Source: an uncultured Chloroflexia bacterium (lineage in GTDB: Bacteria > Chloroflexota > Anaerolineae > Anaerolineales > UBA4823). From it: a stretch of DNA of 64,000 bases. A model generated the notes under the pieces. It saw only the letters and a program-made list of their open reading frames with translations, was not told the origin of the DNA and made no database searches. Positions 53,200-61,080 of the stretch are shown piece after piece (the first letter of the stretch is position 1; each line of letters opens with the position of its first letter). The translations under genes and the position numbers were made by a program. The stretch spans positions 12,985 through 76,984 of the forward strand of contig CAVZEP010000001.1 in assembly GCA_963774275.1 (NCBI GenBank), read 5' to 3'.

Positions 53200-53477
53200 C
53201 GATCAGCGCGGAGACGAGTAACCCACCTGCCAGTCAGCGAGCCGCCGGATGTTGCGAGGCGGCAGGCAAAACGGTGAAATCCACTCCGCCGGATCCTATT
53301 TCAGGTCCAATCGCTCCTGCAGATCCGGATAACCACCGGAATAAGAGAGCCGGGTAAGCCCGTTAGCGCTCATTTAAGGCCGATCGGATCTCCCACCTCA
53401 CGGACGGGTTATCAGGAAGGCGAAATGCAGGTGGCACCACGGGAGCCCCCTCGTCCTGCTGGAGAGGGGCTTTTTTA
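53200..53477 (+). promoter_or_regulatory. T-box riboswitch (Ser)
   Basis: Stem I with AGUA and a probable UCC specifier (53280-53282); T-box AGGTGGCACCACGG (53429-53442); terminator GAGCCCC...GGGGCTTTTTT; directly upstream of serS. Confidence 0.88.
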
Positions 53478-53498
53478 TTGAAGTTTGGAGGTGCAGCT

Positions 53499-54779
53499 AT
53501 GTTAGACGTCAATATCATTCGTGAGCAACCCGACGTGGTGCGTAAAGCCCTGGCAGATCGCCAGGAAGATACCTCGCCCGTCGAGCGCATCCTGGAGCTG
53601 GACCGCCAGCGACGGGTGACCATCCAGGAAGCAGAGAGCCTTAAAGCACAGCGTAATGCCGTGTCCAAAGAAATCGGAAAAGCCAAAGACCCCACCGAAC
53701 GGCAGGCAAAGATCGAAGCTATGCGCCAGGTGGGTGAGCGCATTGGCCAGCTCGACGAAGAGCTACGCAAGATCGAGGCGGATCTAAACGCCATCGTGGC
53801 GCGCATCCCCAATATCCCCGCAGCGAGCACGCCCATTGGCAAGGACGACAGCGAGAACGTGGTATTGCGCGGTGTGGGTGAGATCCCTGAGTTTGATTTC
53901 GAGCCCAAAGCCCACTGGGACCTGGGACCTGCACTCGGCATCATCGATTTTGAGCAGGGGGTTAAAATCACCGGCTCGCGCTTTTACGTGTTGAGCGGAG
54001 CAGGGGCTCGCTTGCAGCGCGCCCTGATCGCCTGGATGCTCGACCTGCACATCCGCCAGGGTTACACCGAGAAATACACCCCCTTCATGGTCAAGCAAGA
54101 GACCATGTTCCGCGCCGGGCAACTGCCCAAGTTCAACGACAACTTATATCGCGACGTTGAAGATGACCTGTGGATGGTGCCCACCGCGGAGGTGCCGCTG
54201 ACTGGTTTGCACATGGACGATATATTGGAGGAAGCCAGCCTGCCTCGTTGCTACACCGCCTACACACCCTGTTTCAGGCGTGAGAAGATGAGCGCCGGGC
54301 GGGACGTGCGCGGCATCAAACGCGGGCACCAGTTCGACAAGGTGGAGATGTACATTTTCTGCAAGCCGGAAGAATCAGATACGCTGCTCGAGAAGATGCG
54401 CGCAGACGCCGAAGAGACTGCGGCTGAGCTGGGACTGACCTATCGCCTCAAGCAGCTGTGCACGGGTGATTTGGGATTCAACGCCCGCCTGACTTACGAC
54501 ATCGAGGTGTGGGCTCCTGGTTGCAATGAGTGGCTGGAAGTCTCATCGGTCTCGAATGTGGGAGATTTCCAGGCGCGCCGTGCTAATATCAAATATCGCC
54601 CCACAGAGGGCGGCAAGCTGCGCCTGGTGCATACCCTGAACGGCTCGGGGCTGGGAATGCCGCGCACATTGATCGCAGTGCTGGAGAATTACCAGCAGGC
54701 GGATGGCAGCGTGGTGGTGCCCAGTGTGCTGCGCCCCTGGATGGGGGGGATCGAAGTGATCCACCCTGATGCAAAATGA
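53499..54779 (+). CDS. serS: Serine--tRNA ligase
   Basis: MLD...[51 protein letters not shown]. Confidence 0.97.
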   Translation: MLDVNIIREQPDVVRKALADRQEDTSPVERILELDRQRRVTIQEAESLKAQRNAVSKEIGKAKDPTERQAKIEAMRQVGERIGQLDEELRKIEADLNAIVARIPNIPAASTPIGKDDSENVVLRGVGEIPEFDFEPKAHWDLGPALGIIDFEQGVKITGSRFYVLSGAGARLQRALIAWMLDLHIRQGYTEKYTPFMVKQETMFRAGQLPKFNDNLYRDVEDDLWMVPTAEVPLTGLHMDDILEEASLPRCYTAYTPCFRREKMSAGRDVRGIKRGHQFDKVEMYIFCKPEESDTLLEKMRADAEETAAELGLTYRLKQLCTGDLGFNARLTYDIEVWAPGCNEWLEVSSVSNVGDFQARRANIKYRPTEGGKLRLVHTLNGSGLGMPRTLIAVLENYQQADGSVVVPSVLRPWMGGIEVIHPDAK

Positions 54780-54798
54780 TGCAAAATAAGGAGTGAGC

Positions 54799-55296
54799 AT
54801 GCCTGCCTGGTTATCAACATCAATTTTCTGGATCACCCTGGTCATTATGGGGGTGGGACTTTTCGGGCTGGCAGTCCCCATCTTCCCGGGGATTACCGTC
54901 ATATGGCTGGCTGCGCTGGGCTATGGTGTGGTCACCGGTTTCACCACACTGGGCTGGGTGCTGTTGGCGGTGCTCACCATCCTGCTTGTTGTGGGGGTGA
55001 CGATTGATAATGTCTTGATGGGTGCCAAAGCACATAAGGAAGGTGCCGCCTGGTCTTCACTGGCGTTAGGAATGCTGGCAGGCATCCTGGGGACGATTTT
55101 CTTCCCCCCGATAGGCGGGATCATTGCTGCGCCAGTTGTGGTACTGGTGCTGGAATATGGACGCCTGCATGATTTCAACAAAGCCGTGTCATCTCTACGC
55201 GGCCTGGCAGTCGGATGGGGAATGTCTTTCGTGGTACGCTTCTTTATTGGAGTGGCAATGATTGGGATCTGGCTGGTGTGGGCGTTAAACAGGTAG
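54799..55296 (+). CDS. DUF456 family membrane protein
   Basis: G...P.FPG...IW, G.I..P....LE pattern; multiple TM helices. Confidence 0.8.
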   Translation: MPAWLSTSIFWITLVIMGVGLFGLAVPIFPGITVIWLAALGYGVVTGFTTLGWVLLAVLTILLVVGVTIDNVLMGAKAHKEGAAWSSLALGMLAGILGTIFFPPIGGIIAAPVVVLVLEYGRLHDFNKAVSSLRGLAVGWGMSFVVRFFIGVAMIGIWLVWALNR

Positions 55297-55527
55297 GGGA
55301 ATGAAAACATCAAACCGCTGAGCAAGGCGGATATGATTAATTAGCCACACATGGTGCGCGGAAAAAATGCCCTCCAACAGCGTATAAATTTGGAAAAAGA
55401 TAAAGACTTTGGAACCGCAGATGAACTCAGATACACGCGGATTCTAATGTAAACACAGATAGTGCGTAGAAAATAACTCTGGCACCAATAGACAGGGATA
55501 TAGTTTTTACATTCAGATATAGCACTC

Positions 55528-56106
55528 CTACTCGGGCTTATAAAAAACCATCCCCACTCCCAGCTTCTCCAATCCCTCGCTGGCCCAATATTCAATCAAA
55601 GCTGAGCCATCCACCAAAGCCTCGAATAAGGCTGGGATGGCACTTTGATCACCAATCTTGGCCAGGGCACGCACAGCTTCAATGCGGACGAATTGGTCAC
55701 CATGCTGCATAGCTTCCAAAAGCTGCGGGACAGCCTGGCTGCCAATCACCGCCAAAGCATCCCCTGCAAGGCGGCGGGTCAGGGCATCCTTTTCCGCCAG
55801 CATGCCAATCAATGCCAGCCCGGCCTCGGGGGATGGGTGCATGCGCAGTGCCAGCCCGGCACACCAGCGCACGCTTTTATCAGGGTCTGCCAGGGCTTGT
55901 GCCAGCAGCGCAGGGACGCACTCATCCTGTACCTCAGCCAGGGCGCGCACTGCCCACCAGCGTACTTCCGCATCCGGATGAGATAACCTCTCCTGCAAGG
56001 GTTTGACTGCTTCTGACCCCCATGATGCCAGGTGGGATAAAGCTTGTTCTGCCTGCTCATCCTCCCCACAGCTAAGCTGTGCAAGCAACGCCGATAATTC
56101 ATCCAT
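55528..56106 (-). CDS. HEAT/PBS-lyase repeat protein
   Basis: Repeated D..VR..A..AL....A...L units. Confidence 0.82.
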   Translation of the reverse strand: MDELSALLAQLSCGEDEQAEQALSHLASWGSEAVKPLQERLSHPDAEVRWWAVRALAEVQDECVPALLAQALADPDKSVRWCAGLALRMHPSPEAGLALIGMLAEKDALTRRLAGDALAVIGSQAVPQLLEAMQHGDQFVRIEAVRALAKIGDQSAIPALFEALVDGSALIEYWASEGLEKLGVGMVFYKPE

Positions 56107-56145
56107 AGGTAAACCGATAAGCAATTGAGGTAGAGATTACAATCT

Positions 56146-56324
56146 CCGGGATCAACGATCCCGGCTAAAGGGGGATCAACGATCCCGGCATCGCTCGCAA
56201 AGAGCAGTCTTCATCGTTCGTAAAGAGCAGTCTTCATCGCTCGTAAAGAGCACTCGCGATGCTTCGTCGCAAAGAACGCTCCTTGATGTTTCGGACTTCA
56301 TAAACCGAAGAATGTCCTCAACTA
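56146..56324. repeat. Modular palindromic intergenic element, copy 1
   Basis: GGGATCAACGATCCCGG x2, 23-bp CATCG(C/T)TCG(C/T)AAAGAGCAGTCTT x2, then a 90-bp core identical to 57569-57658. Confidence 0.88.
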
Positions 56325-56357
56325 CAAGGGTTGCTCCTTATAATAACTGAAGGAAAT

Positions 56358-56576
56358 TTATTCTTTCGGTGGTGGGACGGGTAAAGCCTCCCGCGGTGTA
56401 TTGATCCACTTATCGCCTTCGTCGATCAACATCACCGGGATATCGTCACGAATGGGGTATTTGCGCCCGCAATCCTGGCAGATCAGCCAGGCTTCCTGGT
56501 AATAATCCAGAAGACCGTCTTTTTCCCGAACGCAGTTCGGGCAGCGTAAAATTTCAAGCAGCTCTTGACTGACCAT
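56358..56576 (-). CDS. Trm112-like (YcaR/UPF0434) protein
   Basis: LLEILRCP.C...LIC..C.R.YPI.D.IPVML..E. Confidence 0.85.
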   Translation of the reverse strand: MVSQELLEILRCPNCVREKDGLLDYYQEAWLICQDCGRKYPIRDDIPVMLIDEGDKWINTPREALPVPPPKE

Positions 56577-56612
56577 AGGTGTCTCCAATCATCTGTGTTC
56601 GTGAACCCTCAT

Positions 56613-57472
56613 TCACCGGCACGACTGTCTCCATGCATCCAACTCGAGGTGCTTCCAGAGAAAATCAAAATCCATGGCGTTGGCTTGGGGGCAGAAATCT
56701 GCCGGTTCAAGGGAGTATTCTACTCCAAAAACCGCCTTCCCGGCAGCCACAAACGGTGAAAGCAGGTCGCACTCCTGATAAGTGAAACACTCCTCGTTCA
56801 AAGCCCAATCGAAATACGGCAGCAGGTCAGCGATTTGTCCAAGATCATTCTTTAATCCCACCGAAAGACCCCTATCATGCGCCCCCTCGGCCAGCCAGGT
56901 GTTATAAGCCAATTGGTCAGCCTCGTCAAGCGGGAAGCCTGTGTCATTCGCGTATCCATCCACATTATCCGGCTCCACGCCATCGCAGTTCTTCTGCACT
57001 GCCAGGTCCAGGCGAGCAGACATGACGCTATCCAGCAGGTCGATCCGGCTGATATCCAGCCAGCGTTCAGCCGGCCAATCTGGCATCGGTTTGCCCAATA
57101 CTTCCGTTGGGAAAGCGCGCTATCGGAGCGCCAATCTTCGTACGTGCCAGCGCTGAAATAGCAAATCACTACCCGACCATCACGATGAAGCTGGTCAATC
57201 ACTTCCTGCGAGGCATCGAACAGGTCAATATCGTACATCTGCACGTCCAGGGTCGTGTCAATCGCACCGCTCAGCTGCCATTGCCAGCTCGTTCCAGGAG
57301 ATGGTTTCCACCAGGTGCCAGGTGTGGATTGCGAAAAGTGTTTCATCACCAGGGGCATGTCGGTACGGTAATCCATGGCTGCGAATACTGCCGTCCCGAT
57401 GGCGAATATGCCCGCAGATAAAAGCAGGATCAAGCTTATGCGCAGGGAGAGGTTGGCAAGGCGTGGTTTCAT
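56613..57472 (-). CDS. Endo-alpha-1,4-polygalactosaminidase (GH114), secreted (frameshift near 57115)
   Basis: Signal peptide; WQWQL.G, YDIDLFD, ICYFSAG.YE.WR, DGVEPDN, GLKND, NEEC. Confidence 0.85.
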
Positions 57473-57526
57473 CGTCACGTAAATTGATTATACATAAGAA
57501 GGGCAACCTGGAAATAAATAATTTCA

Positions 57527-57690
57527 CCGGAATCAACGGTCCCGGCATCGCTCGTAAAGAGCAGTCTTCATCGCTCGTAAAGAGCACTCGCGATGCTTCG
57601 TCGCAAAGAACGCTCCTTGATGTTTCGGACTTCATAAACCGAAGAATGTCCTCAACTATAAGCGAAGCCGGCGATCAACAATCACGGCAA
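57527..57690. repeat. Modular palindromic intergenic element, copy 2
   Basis: Same modules as 56146-56324 with one fewer 23-bp unit, plus a degenerate downstream GATCAAC hairpin. Confidence 0.88.
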
Positions 57691-57711
57691 AGATTAATTC
57701 CTGATAAGAAC

Positions 57712-59602
57712 TTAGGGCGTGTCCGTCGGCTCAGGAGTGGGGATTTCAGTCCCCGGTCCATACTGGAACTTAGCCTGCCAGGCCACGTAATGGGTGTTAA
57801 AGATGTCATCCCGGATGGTCACACCATCCCGATACACCTGGCGGGTGACGGTCACGTCAGCACCATCCACAGCCCAGTCCACCTGCTTGATGGTGTCCTT
57901 CGACAGGTCAGGGTTTTCCTCATAGAGTGGATTCGGTGGCTCGACGATATTCTGCAAACCACTGGTGTCCCAATCCACCGTGCGTCCATCGGAGGTGGAA
58001 TAGAACTTCCAGGTTAGGGAGGAAGCACCCACATAGGTCTCCATCAGCAGCCAGTAGGGAGAATCATTTGTAAAAATAAAGTCTACCTGGGGGGCAAATA
58101 CGGTAGCATCCAGGCCAGCCAGGTCTTGATCATAACCACCGCTGGCGGTTTGCTCATAATACCCTACACGGTATGCATGCGACCAGCGTGTGTTCACCTG
58201 GTAGCCCCCAAAGAAGACTGTGCGAAACAAGGTAGTGCTCACCTGGCAGACACCACCACCCACTCCCTGGATGGTGCGATCACCAAATATGATCAGCGCT
58301 TCTGCGTAGCCAGTATCCAGGCTCACATCACCCAGGGCGTCTGCCATGGAGAAAGATGCCCCAGGTGCCACCAGCAAGCCATGGAAGCGGGAAGCAGCTG
58401 TTGTGATATTCTGTTTACGTGAAGCGCTTGAGCCATAAAAATAGGATGTGTGCGCACTGGTCAGCTCGGTGATCCCAAGCGACTCAGCCGTGGCGTCATC
58501 CGTCACCGGTGGGTTGGTGGTCTGCATCACCAGGTTCACGGTGTGCTGCCCGGCGAGGAGCACCTGGTTAATTTGCTGCAAGCTTGAATCCACGTCCAAT
58601 CCACGTCCAATGATCGCCGATTGGATCAGCTCGAGCTGGCGGGTGTCATCATTGAAGATGAAGCGAGCATTTTGCGGGTTGCGGGCAAGCGAAGGAGCGA
58701 CATTCATCAGGAAAGTACGCAAAGCATCTGAGCTGAGTCCCACCTGGTAACTCTCACCGCTGTCTGTCTTAACTCGCTGAATGGTGAGCATTTCTGCCAT
58801 TGCGGCAGGCTCGAAGGACCAGGGTCCCGGGTCACCTTCCTGTGGGTTGGGAATTTGTAATTTAAGGGGTGCAGACAGGATCTGCCGGGCCAGCTCTGCC
58901 TGGGCAGTTGCATCCAGGATCACCGGAGGTGTCTCGTTCACGACCAGGGGCACGAGACCGTCGGTCATGGTCTGCAGCTGGGTATCCAGGCTGGCAAGGG
59001 CGGCAGACACATCCAATGTACGCCCAACCTGCCCTGAATTAACTATCACTTCCACGCCATTGATCCCCAGGGTGGCTTCGATGATGGGATGGTCCACCTG
59101 CTGGGCTATGTCTTGCAGATAATTCTGCGCCATGCGCTGATCAAAGACAAATAATGGAGCCAAATTGACACCCGAGGACCAACCCTGCCACTGGTTAACC
59201 AGGCGTTCGGGCAGACTGCCAGCTCTTCCCATGTTATAGGCTACCAAGGCGGTGGTCTGTGCATCCAGGAACATACCCAGGTCTGCAGGCGTGGTGGTCC
59301 ACAGGTTTGTCCCTTCCTGGAAAACAATCTTGCCCCGTTGGGGGTAATCCAATTGCTGAGTAAGCAACGGCGGCTGCCTGTTCGGTGGTCATGCCAGAAA
59401 GGTCCACACCCAACACAGTCACACCCGGGAATATGCGACCATCATATATATAGCCGTATACCCCGGGCAGCAATCCAACCAGCGCAACAAGCAATCCAAG
59501 ACCAATCGCCAGAGACAAAATAGCCTGGCCTAAAGGCCTGGTGGTTACCGGATTAGATGATCGATGCGCCATGCTCGAATGTGAAGTGGTGTTTGATAAC
59601 AT
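57712..59602 (-). CDS. VanW-family protein with peptidoglycan-binding domains (frameshift near 59367)
   Basis: N-terminal TM, I.PGV...GVDLSG.T PG-binding motif, GGGVCQVSTTLFR, R..H.Y.V.YYE, GLDATV, G5-like tail. Confidence 0.85.
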
Positions 59603-59754
59603 AGGTTGATTTTACCAAATAGTCTGACAGGTTTCACTTGAAATAAGATAATTTTGCTAAGAATTGGATTAGTATATCTGTTCGATTGCTGGTAGGCATG
59701 CTTTAAGACGTATAATGACCTCAGCGGGTTCCAATATCTTAGGAGGAGCAATTT

Positions 59755-60987
59755 ATGTACCATTTTTCAGCCAAACACAGCATCAGCACACTGGTTACCC
59801 ATGTGGGTGAGGGTGATAATCCCCAACATACCCACGTAACCCCCATCTACCAGACCTCCACTTTTAATTTTCCAGATGTTGCCACAGGTGCCGGGATTGT
59901 CGCCCGCACAGAGCCAGGATATTACTACACCCGGCTGGGTAATCCCAACCTGGATCACCTGGCCAGAAAGATCGCCATCCTGGAAGGGCTCGACTTGATC
60001 CGGGCTCATCCGGAAGCAGATCCCGATACGACCGTTGCCGGGCAAATCTTCACCTCGGGCATGGCAGCGATTACCGCAGTGTTATTCTCACACCTCAAGG
60101 CGGGAGACACCATCGTCGCACAGGAAGCAGTTTACAGTGCCACATTTACCTTCCTGAAGGAAATTGCTCCTGCTTTGGGTATTCAGGTGGAGTGGGTGCG
60201 CGACACCAGCCAGAATGGATGGGAAGCCGCCTTCAAGGCTCATCCAGATGCCAGGCTGGCATATGCTGAAACCCCAGCCAACCCAACCATGGCAGTGGTT
60301 GACCTGGGAATGGTAGCACAGATTGCCCACCATCACGGTACCTGGTTGGCGGTGGATAATACATTCGCCACCCCTTATTGCCAGAGACCACTCAGCCTGG
60401 GGGCAGATATCGTGGTTCACTCGACCACAAAATTCCTCTCGGGGCATGGGGCACTCACCGGCGGGGCAGTGGTCAGCTCTCACCCCGATTACATCCACAA
60501 ATCGCTGTATACCTTCGTCAAGGTGTTGGGGGGCATCCCCAGCCCATTTGATTCCTGGCTGGCGAACCTGGGCCTCAAGACTTTCGAGCTGCGCATGCAG
60601 CGCCACTGTGAGAACACTATCCAGGTAGCCCGTTTCCTTGCCAGCCACCCGGCTGTCGCTACGGTCCATTACCCAGGCCTGGAGCAGGACCCCGGCCATG
60701 AAATTGCTGCACGTCAAATGCATGCCTACGGTGGCATGCTATCCTTCGAGCTAAAAGGTGGCATGCAAGCTGGCATCCGGCTGATGGAGCGGGTGCGCCT
60801 GGCCACGTTGGCTGTTTCCTTAGGCATGGTGGATACACTGATCGAGCACCCCGCCAGCATGACCCACGGTCCGGTACCACGCGAGGACCGGATAAACCAG
60901 GGCATTACCGATGGACTGGTGCGCCTCTCGGTGGGGATCGAGAACCTTCCAGATATCCTGGCCGACTTGGAACAGGGATTGATGTGA
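59755..60987 (+). CDS. PLP-dependent trans-sulfuration enzyme (Cys/Met metabolism family)
   Basis: PIYQTSTF, YTRLGNP, SGMAAI, ETPANP, DNTFATP, HSTTKFLSGHG, HPASMTH, RLSVGIE. Confidence 0.9.
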   Translation: MYHFSAKHSISTLVTHVGEGDNPQHTHVTPIYQTSTFNFPDVATGAGIVARTEPGYYYTRLGNPNLDHLARKIAILEGLDLIRAHPEADPDTTVAGQIFTSGMAAITAVLFSHLKAGDTIVAQEAVYSATFTFLKEIAPALGIQVEWVRDTSQNGWEAAFKAHPDARLAYAETPANPTMAVVDLGMVAQIAHHHGTWLAVDNTFATPYCQRPLSLGADIVVHSTTKFLSGHGALTGGAVVSSHPDYIHKSLYTFVKVLGGIPSPFDSWLANLGLKTFELRMQRHCENTIQVARFLASHPAVATVHYPGLEQDPGHEIAARQMHAYGGMLSFELKGGMQAGIRLMERVRLATLAVSLGMVDTLIEHPASMTHGPVPREDRINQGITDGLVRLSVGIENLPDILADLEQGLM

Positions 60988-61080
60988 ACAAATTGCCTAT
61001 TTAATGCGTCTTAAAGGGGAATGTTATAATCCAATTTAATATGAGAAGGTGAAACCCCTTCCTCAAAAGGAGAGAAACTA

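Noticed and set aside
54767-54786. 10-bp tandem duplication TGATGCAAAA at the serS stop as an integration scar
   Set aside because: Too short and directly tandem, with no mobile-element context; likely simple slippage.
56189-56261. Mini-CRISPR from 23-bp repeats
   Set aside because: Units are directly tandem with no spacers.
57301-58017. 238-aa plus-strand ORF and similar antisense ORFs (e.g. 5243-5731, 13441-14163, 27372-28043, 60088-60723)
   Set aside because: They shadow well-supported genes on the opposite strand or run through repeats and show no recognisable motifs.
57712-59602. Vancomycin resistance cluster
   Set aside because: A VanW domain alone is widespread; no vanHAX or vanRS genes are nearby.
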